In this document: one piece after another, positions 1-10,671 of the stretch
How the letters are laid out: every line of letters begins with the position of its first letter
How positions within the stretch are numbered: the stretch's first letter is position 1
DNA from: Cyanophora paradoxa CCMP329
Lineage: Eukaryota; Plantae; Glaucophyta
Assembly: GCA_004431415.1 (NCBI GenBank)
Contig: QPMI01000166.1
Span: 106,042-170,041 of the forward strand
DNA: 64,000 nt
Direction of reading: 5' to 3'
Program-made: the position numbers and the translations under genes
The notes under the pieces: model-generated
Seen by the model: the letters and a program-made list of their open reading frames with translations, nothing else
Database searches by the model: none
Told to the model about the DNA's origin: nothing

Positions 1-1649
1 GTCGCCCGCGCGAACGGCGTGGCGACGTGCACGGCGCCCAAGGCCGACGCGGCCGGCCTCGTGCGCCTGGCGCTGGAGGGCAGCGCCGCCGGCTACCGGA
101 CGACCACCGCGGCGACCTTCCTCTACTACGCGGCGCCCGCCCTCGAGCGCGTCGTGCCGCGGCGCGTGCCCGTCAACGTGCGGCACCACCTCAGGGCGGT
201 GCCGGCCGCCGGCGGCAGCCTCCCCGTGACCGGCGACGTCGTCCGCGTGCGCGTCGACGGCGCCGACGTCGCCACCTCCGACGTCGCCGCGTCGGCCTCG
301 GCGGTCGAGCTGCTGAGCCCCGCCGCGAGCGCCGCCAAGGCCGCCGTGCCCGTCGCCGTCGCCTTCAACGGCCGCGAGTACGTCGTCGCCAAGGAGACCA
401 TCGACTACATCGCCGCCCGCAGCTCCGGTGCGCCCCCCCCGCCCGCGCCACCTCCCCCTCCTCCGCCCCGCCCCCGCCTGACGCGCCGCCGGCAGCGTCG
501 ATCACGGTGCGGCTGACGCTCGCGAACATGACGGAGAGCGAGGAGCGGACGCTGGTGGACAAGTGGGCGGGCGACGCGGCGACCAAGGAGCAGCTGGTGG
601 ACCTCGTCGTGGCGCTGCTCAGGGCGCAGGGCGTGAGCGTGCACCGCTCCCGCGTCCAGGTCACGCGGGTCGAGTACGGCTCGGTCAAGGTCACCTTCAC
701 GCTGCTCGACGGCGCGCCCGACGACCCGACGGGCCTCGGCGAGGCCGGCGCCCTCGCGGGGCGCGTGCAGGCCGCCTTGGCCGCCGCGCAGGCCGGCGCC
801 CTCGCCGTGCCCCTCCGCGTCGCCGGCCAGCGCCTCGCCTACGACTCCAGCGTCGTCGCCCGCAAGAAGAGTGCGCCCCCCGCCGATCCCCGCCCCCCGC
901 CCCCGCCCCCCTGCCCCCGCTGACCCGCCCCGCTCGCCGCAGCGGCCTTCAACATGTCGCTGACGCTGCCGGCGGAGGCGCTCAAGTCGCGAACCTACGC
1001 GGCGTGGGCGCAGGCGTGGACGTACGACGCCGGCGTGCACGTGCAGCTCGCGGCGTGGCTCGGCCAGGTCGCCGGCGTCGACGCCGCGCGCTTCGAGGTC
1101 CTCCGCGCCCTCGAGGGCTCCGTCCTCTTCCTCGTCAACGCCGTCGGCGCCGGCGCCGACGCCGAGGGCGCCGAGCTGCTCGCCAAGCTCGAGGCGGCGC
1201 TGCGCGACACGAGCAAGAAGCTGCCGGGCGGCGGCCTCACGCTCGGCTCCGTCAACGGCTTCCTCGACCTCGCCAAGTTCAACGGCCTCGCGCTCCCGGC
1301 GCGCACCTCGGGGCTGGTGGAGCCCGGCTCGGTCGTCTCTCCGCCGGCCGCCTCGTCGGGCTCCTCGGGCCTCTCGGGCGGACAGGTCGCCGGCATCGCC
1401 GTCGGCGTCGTCGTCGGCGTCGCCGCCGTCATCGCGATCGCCTTCCTCCTCGTCATCCGCAGGCGGCGCTCGAGCCACGCCGCCAACATCAGCGGCGGCA
1501 GCTACAGGGGCAGCGCCCGCTCGCCCGTCGCCACCATCACCATCGGCGGCCCCGGCCCCGCCGTGCCGACCGCGTACGCGGTGGACCCGGTCACCGCCCG
1601 CCGCCAGGCCGACAACAACGACACATTCACCCAGTTCATCCTCGTGTGA
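1..1649 (+). CDS. 3' part of a type I cell-surface protein: beta-rich/IPT-like region, two SEA-like modules, TM helix, short cytoplasmic tail (5' truncated; introns about 428-495 and 871-941)
   Basis: Spliced frame contains VAVAFNGREY, RVQVTRVEYGSVKVTFTL, RFEVLRALEGSVLFLV, then GLSGGQVAGIAVGVVVGVAAVIAIAFLLVIRRRR and TGA at 1647-1649. GTGCGC donors, CTGAC branch points, CAG acceptors. Confidence 0.75.
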
Positions 1650-2612
1650 GGGGCCACGCGCCCCCCGCGCGCAGCCCGCGGCGGGGGCGCCGCGGCCCTC
1701 TGGCCCGGCGCTCCTCTGCCGCGCGGCCTACCGATGCACCGGCTTCCCTTGTAGTTTCCCCCGATAGCTAAATTTTCCCAATGTCTCTCTTCTTCTTCCC
1801 CATTCCTTCATCCCCACCACGCATGCCACGCGCTTGTAACGAATTTAATATCGGAGCATGCAAAGACGTTGAAAGGGCCGGGGGGGGGGGGGGGGGGGGG
1901 GGAGGCTTCGGGGCTCCGGTCCGGTCACCGCGGCGCAGCTTCAGGGCCTGCACTGCGGCAGAGCGTGCACGTGGCTGCGCGCGGGGTCGAGAGGGCGGGA
2001 ATGTGGGAGTAGGTCTCGACGGGGGACTCGAGTCGGGATAATATTTACTCGTAGACGTGGCCACGATCAGTGTAGGCCTAGCCGGTAGGGCGGGTGCGGC
2101 TCCGTGATCGATATCTGCAGCTGCAGAATCGAACACTGCATCATGGCATCTTGATGACTTCTGAACCATGAATCTGTAGCCGCTGAGCCTCATACTATGA
2201 TGAACTTCGAATTGGAATCGCGCGCGATTCGATGATCCGATAACCGATGTCAATCGCGAGCCTCGGAGGCTGGCACTGGGTGATGAGCCTCGCCGAGTTG
2301 GGCGGGGGCCAGGGTCCCCCGCGGCCGCAGCCATGGACTCCGGGAGCCCATCCCAGGCTTCGCATGCATGCGCATGCGCACCATGCATTTGCCACGTTGC
2401 AGCCTCAGGGACTGCCAAGCTGCCCTTTTTCCGAAGTACGGAAGTTCCACGTGCCTCAGTGTACATGTACAGTTCCGACGGTTCCGGATCAGATCTGGGC
2501 CAACCCGTTGATCATGATCATTCATGTGAACTTCGAATTCGGAACGGGTCGATACAGTACATGGTTTCCAATATACAGTACATAGTTAGAGGGGGTATCG
2601 CGATCGGTGCAT

Positions 2613-5600
2613 TCAGCTGCGGGTGTGCTTGCCGCCGGCCGCGGCGAGGCGCTGGTGGCAGGCGGCGATGGCCTCGCCCAGGTCCGCGATGCGGCGCTGC
2701 CGGGGCGAGAAGTACGCCTGCCGCGACACTCATGATCAGTCGAGCCCTGGCCTCGGCCCTCGCGGGCGGGGGCGGGGGCGGCACCGGGAAGCGGTCGTAG
2801 AGGTCCTTCTTGGCGCGCTCGAGGCACGCGAGGGCCTTGGACCACGCCCCGGCCGTCATGTGCGCCATCGCCAGCTGCCCCCCGGGCCCCCTCAGCGCCC
2901 CTCCCCGGCCGGCGCCGGCGCGGCGCCGGCGCGCCCCCGGGCGGCACCTGGTAGGTCATGTGCCCCTCGATGAAGGGCGCGACGGACTTGGGCAGGAGGC
3001 GGAAGCGGCGGACAAGCGAGAGCGCCCACGCCGCCCCCTGCCGCCGCCCCGCCGGCCCCGCCGTCGGTACACGTGTTAGAAACGGCGAAGAGACTCGCGG
3101 CACCTGGGCGTAGTCCTCTGCGGTGAGGACCCTGGCGGCGCGCCCCGGGCGGACCTGGTGCTTGGAGAGGGAGATCTGCGCGGGGCGAGGCGTCGGGGGC
3201 TGCACCCGGCAGAGCCGGCGGGGCGGGGCGGGCGGACGCTGAAGGTGCGCCCGAACCAGAAGATGTCCATGTGCTGCCGCCCCGCCCCGCCCCGCGGCCA
3301 TCGTCAGCCGCGCCCCCGCCGGGAGCGGGGCGGGGCGCGGGGCGCGGGGGGGCCCTCGCTCGCCCCCTCGGAGTGCCGCCGGAGCCGCCGGATGGTCGCC
3401 ATCATCCGCCGCACGTGCTGCGCGCGCGCGCGCGGGGCGTCGGCGGGGCGGCAGGCGGCAGGCGAGGGCGGGGGCGGGGCGCGCGGGGCGGGCACCCTGA
3501 CGAGGCCGGCAAGGTCGGCGACGTGGAAGCTCGTCAGCGCCAGCGTGTGCTCCAGCCGGTCCCCCGCCGCCCTGCCCCGCCCCGCCCCCGCGTCAGCCCG
3601 CCCCGCCCGCCGCCCTGCTCCGCCCCCTTGGATCGCCGTCAGGAGGCGTGCACGTGTGCAGCGCCCCGTGAGGGGCCGGGGCGGGGCGGGGGCACCGGTA
3701 CTCGTCGGGGAGGGTCTCCAGGATGCCGACGGCGCGCTTGAGCATCCCCGCCGCCTTCTGCGCGCTGCCGCGGAAGAGGACGTTGTGCGCTGGAGAGCCC
3801 GTGAGGCCGGGGCGCGTGCCGCGCGCGGGGCGGGGGGCGGGGACCGAGGGCGCGGAGGACGAGGACCTCGTCGAAGCGGTCCGCGGGGTCCGCCTCCGTG
3901 AAGAAGTAGAGCTGCCCCGCCCCGCCCCGCCGCGCCCCGGCGTCGGCGGGGCCCTCCGCGCGGGGACCGTGGGGGGCGGGACCTTCTGGAGCAGGACCTC
4001 GGCCTCCTCGAAGCGCTGCGGGTCCCGCTCTGCGCCCCCGCCCCCGCCCCTGGCGTCGGGCGGGGGGCGAGGGCGGGCGGGCCGCGCGCGGGCACCGAGG
4101 GCCTCGTTGAGGCCGACGAGGACCTCCACCTCGAGCCGCGACGGCGTCGCCCCCGCCCGGATCACCTGCCCCCGCCCGGCGGCCCCGCCCCTCAGCCGCC
4201 CCGCCCGCCCCCACCAGCCCGCCCCTCGCGCGACGACCCCGCCGCGCACCTGGCTCCACGCCGTGAAGTCTGCCGACGCGCCGAACAAATGCGGGTCGGC
4301 GTCAGCTGCGGGATGCAGCCTCGTGAAAGGGGCGCGCACAGGATTCAAGGGCGGCGTCCCCTTCGCAGAACTGGCGGCAGCGGTGAGCTCAAGGCGGCAT
4401 CGGAGAGACAGTCGGCGGCAGGGGCGATGGGGGTTCTTTACAGCCAAGCTACGAGGGCGGGGCGGGGCGGGGCGGGCGCGCACGATGAGGTGCCCGAGAG
4501 CGCGGCGGGCGGTGGCGCGGGCGGCGAGCAGCGGGGCCGCCCCGCGTGCCGCCCGACGGCCTCCTCGGCCTGCGCCGGCCCGAGCCCGTGAGCGGCGCGG
4601 AGCTGCCGGGGGCGGGGCGGGCGGGCGGGCCTTCTCGACGAGGGCGAAGAAGATGGGGCGGCCGACGGGGAGCAGGTCGTGGGGGATGACGTGCCACTGC
4701 GCCCACCCCGCCCCGTCAGGGCGCCCCCGATGCGCCCCCGCGCCCCATCGCTGGGAGGGCGGGGAAGAGTGTGCCGCTGGCCGCGGGGGCTAGGAGGGCG
4801 CACCGGGCCGGTGGCGACGGCGATGCAGTTCCAGCAGTGCCCCGCCATCGCTTCCGCCTCCTCCCTGCGCCCCGCCCCGCCCGGGTTGCTACCGCAGCCG
4901 GCCCGGAGCCTGGCCGGAGGTGGGGCGCCGACGCGCGCGCGCACAGCTGCTGGTAGTAATCGGGGTGGACCGACGTGAGGGCGTCGTGCCAGGCGGCGTA
5001 CACGCCCTCCACCTGCCCCGGAGGCGAGGGCCGGCGTCGGCGGGGCCCAGCCAGGGCGCGGGAGGGGGTGCGGGCCGGGGTACGCACGAGGTCTGCGCTG
5101 CCAGAGAGCCGCAGATCTTCCAGGTACCCCCGGAGGCGCCCGCGGCCCTCCTCGTCGGCGAAGAGGGGGGTATCGAATATCTCGGGCAGGGAGAGGGCGG
5201 CGGCGAGGTCGGCGCAGGCGCGGAGGAGGCGCCGGGGGGCGGCCCAGGAGGCGTCCACGGGGTGCCGCGCCCCGACCTGCAGAGACTGAGGGAGGGGCGG
5301 GGGGGCAGCGGGAGGGCGCGAGGGGCGGACCTCGTGCGCCACTATCTGCAGCGCTGCGGCCGCCACGGCGACAAACCGGGCGGCCTCGTCGCGCGCAGCG
5401 TCGCCGCCGTGCAGGAAGGGCGGCGCCAGCCGCGCGGCCGGCGCCGGGACCCCCGCCGGCAGCGCGCCGGCAGAGGAGAGTCGCCGCCGCCGCGCCGAGG
5501 CGCCGGGCCCCTCGTCGGCGGCCCTGCGCGCCCGTCCGTGAGGCGGATGCGTCGCGGGGCGCCGGGGCGGGCTGGGAGCCGCCGGGCACCCCGAAGAGTG

Positions 5601-6745
5601 CACCGCCGAGGCCGCTTCGTCGAGGGAGTCGGCGGAGGGCGGCCTGCGCGACACCGGCCGCCCCGCGTGTGGGCCCCCGGCCGGTCCGGGCGCGAGGCGC
5701 GGGCGGGGGCAGCTGATCTGCGTGGGCTGGTCGGGGGCGGGGAGCGCGGGCTCGCACCTGCCGAGGCGCTGGAAGGCCGCCACCAGCGACCCCTCCTCCT
5801 CGCCGCCGTGCGCCGCCCCCGCCCCGCGCTCCTCCGCCTGCTGCCCTCCCTGCGCCCCGCCGCCCCCGGCCCCCGCCGGCCCCGTGAGCGCCCTCTCCTG
5901 CGGTCGCAGGCGGCCGCGGGGTGGGCCGGGGCGCACCCCCTCGAGGGCGCGCTTCGCGGCGGGGTTCGGGCGGCGGGGCGCGGCGCCACGCGCACGACGA
6001 GCACCCCGACTGGCCCCGCCGCCCCCTCCCAGTGCTCAGCACGCACGAGCAGCCTGGCGCCCCGTCGGCGTCACCGCGCGGGGCAGGGCGCGCTCGGGGC
6101 CGGCCGCGGCCGGGGCGCCGCACCGGAGCGTCTCGGGCTCCACCGGCGAGCTCGGGTCGAGGCCGGCGGGGACTGCGTGCACGGCGACGGGCCGATCAGG
6201 CGACGCGGGGCACGCACGTCCAGCGGGGCGCACCGATGCAGAAGCGCTCCACCGAGACGCCCCCGTCGCCCACGCTGAGGCTCAGCTCCGCCCGCGCCAC
6301 GCCGTACGGCTCGGCCCCGGCCGGCGTCGCGAGCGTGAGGGCCGTGCCGGGCCCTGCGCGGCTCGCATTGTTGGCTGCGGGCTGTAGACAGCCTCGCGCC
6401 GGAGGCGGCCGAAGCGGAGAGGGCGCGCACCGGCGGACTCGATGCGCAACTGCAGAGCGCCGGCGCGTCGGGCCGCGGGGTCGGGGGCGGAGCCAGGCGG
6501 TGGAGGGGCCCAAAGCGATCCCCCCAAGGCGATCTTGTATCGCCGCCCGACGAAGTTGTAGTCGGCGCCGCTGCCCGCCGGCGCGCGCTCGGCGGGGGGA
6601 GGTCGCGGCGGGGCTTGGTTCTGCCCGGCCCGCGACATGAGCACGTGCATAGGGTTACAACAGATCTTGAGACAAGGAGAGCGCGCACGCGGGACGTCCG
6701 AATAACGGGCCCCTGGTCCTGCAGGATCTCGAGCGCAAGGTCCAT
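2613..6745 (-). CDS. Large multi-exon protein of unknown function; helical/TPR-like C-terminal part
   Basis: Start MDLALEILQDQGPVIRTSR, many exons of ordinary protein composition (LPEIFDTPLFADEEGRGRLRGYLEDL, AWSKALACLERAKKDLYDRFP), last exon AYFSPRQRRIADLGEAIAACHQRLAAAGGKHTRS*. No family recognised; internal exon boundaries not all resolved. Confidence 0.65.
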
Positions 6746-7180
6746 GCCGTTATGAGTTGTCCGCTCTGTTTCCTTCAAGACTGAAGCCCAACCGCGCCTC
6801 CTTGATCCCTCAGAAGAGCATCAACGCCGTCGGACGTTAACTCCTACAGCCGGCAGCGGCCAATGTTAACCCTACCCTATCTCCCACTCGGTGGCGCGCT
6901 GGCAACTGCGTGCGCCATCACTCGACGGTGCACGCTGGCTGCGTTGTTTGATTAAAGCGAAATCGCAAGCTGCAGCCCGCGGCCCGGAGCGCCTGCGAGC
7001 CCAGGATGCGGCGATGCGCTGCTGCTGCGGTGTGCTAATCTGCTTTCTAGCTGACGCCTCGGCGGCGTGGCGCGGCCCGCGCGGGGCAGAAGAATTTGCA
7101 AGTTTTTTTGTTTTTTTGAGGGGGGCTGACGTGCAGCAGGGTACGACTAGTTTGCGACGAAGCCGGCCGAAGGTTCCAGC

Positions 7181-7489
7181 ATGGCGTCTCGCGCGTTCAA
7201 GCGACTCGTGCCCCTGCTCGACCGCGTCGTCGTCGAGAAGGTCACGCCGCCCACGTCCTCCATCGGCGGCGTCATCATTCCGGACAGCCTGAAGACCAAG
7301 CTGAACGAGGCGCGCGTCGTCGCCGTCGGCCCCGGCGCCATCGCCAAGGACGGCGCCCGCATCCCGATGGGCGTGAAGGAGGGCGACCACGTCCTGCTCC
7401 CGGAGTTCGGCGGCACCAAGGTGCAGTTCGAGCAGAAGGAGCTCTACATCTTCCGCGACGAGGACATTCTCGGTGTGCTCAAGGAGTAA
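7181..7489 (+). CDS. HSP10: Mitochondrial-type 10 kDa chaperonin (Cpn10/GroES family), uninterrupted CDS
   Basis: PLLDRVVVEK, GGVIIPDS, VVAVGPG, VKEGDHVLLPEFGGTKV, IFRDEDILGVL. Possible 5'UTR intron about 7030-7139 (GTGTGC...GCTGAC...CAG). Confidence 0.96.
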   Translation: MASRAFKRLVPLLDRVVVEKVTPPTSSIGGVIIPDSLKTKLNEARVVAVGPGAIAKDGARIPMGVKEGDHVLLPEFGGTKVQFEQKELYIFRDEDILGVLKE

Positions 7490-8143
7490 GCGGCGTGATC
7501 GTCGGAGGCGTGTCCGGCGAGCCGGTTCGCCGCCTGTGCACGGTCGGGCGGGGCGGCCCGGCGGCCCGCCTCGTTGGCCGCTCGTGGCGGCGCCGGATGC
7601 GCTCTCTCAGCCAGCTGCAGCGGCTACGCGCTCGCTCGAGGGTTCGCATGGCCGGCAGCGACCCGAGCCGCCGGGCAGGCGTAGGCAGGCAGACAGTTCT
7701 TTATCCATTAGTCTCGTAGATCTACTAATTTCAATACGTCCAGATCAGTGTGAGTGAATTTACGTGCAGTTCTATCGAGTGCCCGCATCATTGGCCCCGC
7801 GAGTGCCTCTAAGCCTGGCCTCCCAAGCTCCCTGCCCCGCCCGTTGACGAGCCGCTGAGCAGCTGGGCGCGCCTGGCGACGCCCTGGTTGGACGGCAAGG
7901 CCCATGCCCGAAGCTTCTAGACCTATAGAGGTCGCGCCGCGCAGAGACCCGAGCTAAGCCCTGTAAACGTCTACTGCAGCTCATGATCAGCCCCGTGAAT
8001 TCACGTGAACGAGCTCGTAGGCGATGCGCGGGCAAGCACAAGGGCGGGGGGGGGAGAGACCCTAGGAAATTCACGTGAACACCCTATTCGCATCGCATCG
8101 GAGATCGTGCAGGAGAAGTATCTAACAACTGGCGGGAGCCGCA

Positions 8144-10348
8144 TCAAATGAGGTCCTCCTCCTGCCGGGGCTGCTGGGGCGCCGCCGGCTGCGCGGAGGG
8201 TGCCGACGGCGGAGGCACGGGGTACCCCTGCGCGGGCCCCTGAGGGTACCCGGACGGCGGCATCGGCATCCCGATGGCAGATGGCGCGGGGTAGCTGGGC
8301 GCAGGCGGGTACTGCCCCGGGTGCGCCGGAGGGTACCCGCCGGGTGGAACAGGGTACCCGGGCGCCGGGGGGTACACGCCAGGGAACTGAAGGTGCCCTG
8401 GCGGCGCCCCCAAGGGAGCTCCGGGGGCGGGGGGATACCCCGGCATCGGTGGCGGAGGAGGGTACCCGGGAGCGGGAGGATAGCCCGGAGCGGGAGGGGG
8501 GTGGGCGCCATAGCTGTACGTGAAGGGGGGCGCGGCTGCGGGCACGGCCCCCGCGGCGGCGGCCCCCGTGTAGTAGACGGTGCCTGGAGAGCTGCGGCGC
8601 GGGGGTTCGTGAGACGGCGGCCCGGTGGGGGGTGCTGGTGCTGGAGGGGGCTGCGACGCACGCCATGCGGGTGGCGCGGCGGCGCTGTGCGGCGCGGCAG
8701 AGGAGCGCCATCGCCACGCAGGGGAGGGCCGTGAGAAGCGCCCCGAGAATGATGAGCGGCGTCCCGATCGCCCGTTTCGTTCCCTGCGGCGCGGCGGGTC
8801 GGGCGAGGCGGCGGGGGCGGCGGGGCGGTGGCGGGGCGCACAACAGTCATGCCGAAGTCGAAGGTGCCGCCAGTCAGCTGCGCCGCGACCACCAGCGGGT
8901 CGGCCGCCGAGCGCACCTCGACGCGCATCGCGTTGAGCTGCGCGGTCAGCGGCCCCGCCGCCGCCACCGCCCCGCCGCCGTACGTCTCGGGTCGGGCCCC
9001 CCCGTAGCAGCCGCCGCCGACCATGCCCCACTGCCCCGCCACGCCGGGCGCCGCGGGCCCCGCCACCTGCGCGCAGACCCCGTCCACCGTCTGCCGCGCC
9101 GCGCCCCCGCCCGTCAGGGTCGAAGCGCCCGGCCGGCAGGCGCCGCCGCACCCGCGCCGAGGAGGCGAAGCACGTCGAGGAGCCGTAGTCGTACACGCCG
9201 CCTGCGCCCGGCCGCCCGCCCGCCGCTCAGCCCCCCGGCGAACCAGGCCGCGGCAGGGCGGCGGGGCGGGCCTCTCTGATTGCAGATGTAGTCGCAGCAG
9301 GTGGAGGGGCCGCCGGAGCATGAGCCGGGGCCGCCGTAGGGGCGGCTGCAGCTCTGCGTGGTGCGGCTGCCGCTCCCGCCGCTGCCGCCCGTCTTCGTGT
9401 ACGTCAGGCTGCTCTCCGCGATCACGTCGAAGCTGCGGCCCCCGCCCTCTCGGCCGCCCCTCTCGGAGGCGGGGGCCGGGCGGGGCGGCGCGCACGCGAC
9501 GGGGCGGACGACGAGGGAGCCGGCGGGGCGGTTCGCGAAGGTGATGCTGGCCGTGCACTCCCCCGGGTTCGAGCACTGGCCCCGCAGCCTGCGCCCCCCC
9601 GGCCCCGCCCGCTCGGGCGGCGAGCGAGGGGGCGTGGAGCGGGCCGCACGCCGACGAGACGGGGTTCACTGCGACGGCGGGGCGCGCGTTCGGGCCGGAG
9701 GGGTCAGGGGCACACGGGGGCGGACCAGGGCGGGGCGCCGCACCCATGACCCCTGAGACCGGGAAGACGTTCGCGGGGCTGAGGAGTAGGCGGGCGGTGC
9801 GGTACCCCCTCAGGATCGCCGGGTCCCGGTCAGCGGACAGTCGCCTCGCATTCCAGTCCAGCTGTGGGTGCCGCGCTCGTGCTCGAGCAGGGGGAGGGGG
9901 GGCGGACGGGGGAACGACCGCACCGGCTCGTCCAGAGAGAAGCTGCGCTGGCCCGCGGGCCCCTGCAGGTAGTTCGCTCCCTGCGATGCCGCGGCCGCGA
10001 ACGCTTCGCGCCCGTACGACTCCCAGCTCTTGACCGCCTGGTTGTAGGTTTGGATGCGCTGCCCGCGGTCGTCGACCATCGAAGAGGCCCAAAACACTGC
10101 CCCTTCCCGTCATACCGACGCAGCACGCAATGCGGGCGGGACGCACCCAGGCCGATGATTAGGAGGACAGGGCCGGCGCAAAAGATGCAGCCTGCAGAGA
10201 CCGTGTCAGCTGCAGCCGCGAGTCCGACGCCGGACCGCGGTGGACCGCAGCGGCGGGCGGTCGAGATGTTTGCGGCAAGCGGATCTCTGTGGAGGGCGCG
10301 CTCGATCGCGTGCTAAATCCAAGGCGGGCGCCCGCCGTTTGGCCACAT
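8144..10348 (-). CDS. Membrane protein with N- and C-terminal TM helices, Cys-containing ectodomain and G/Y/P-rich cytoplasmic tail
   Basis: GCIFCAGPVLLIIGLVFWASS (TM1), IGTPLIILGALLTALPCVAMALLC (TM2), tail GYPPAPGYPPPPPMPGYPP...QEEDLI*. Start codon and first exon uncertain. Confidence 0.65.
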
Positions 10349-10671
10349 GCACTCGGAGCTTCCGGCAGCTAGAGCCTAGCTGAGCAGAGCAGAGCCGTGG
10401 TGTTCTGGCAGAGTTTACGTACATATACAGCCGAAGATCCTCCGCCCGACCTGCGCTTACATCTCAGTCGGGACCGGTTGAGGATTCGTGTGAGAAATCG
10501 AACACCTCTTCTACGAGATCAAAGGGTGACAGAAAGCCACCGCGCCCTGCACCTTTTCCAGCGCCTCTGCCGGCTCCCTTACCGGCGCCTTTGCCCATTG
10601 CTCCTGCACCAAGAGCCCGGCAGTTACCTATACCCCCAGCAACTCCTGCGTCACGCGCTCTTCCGGCAGCC

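Noticed and set aside
7181-7489. Uninterrupted HSP10 CDS as a retrocopy
   Set aside because: ORF is intact, there is no poly(A) remnant, a 5'UTR intron is plausible, and short stress genes often lack introns.
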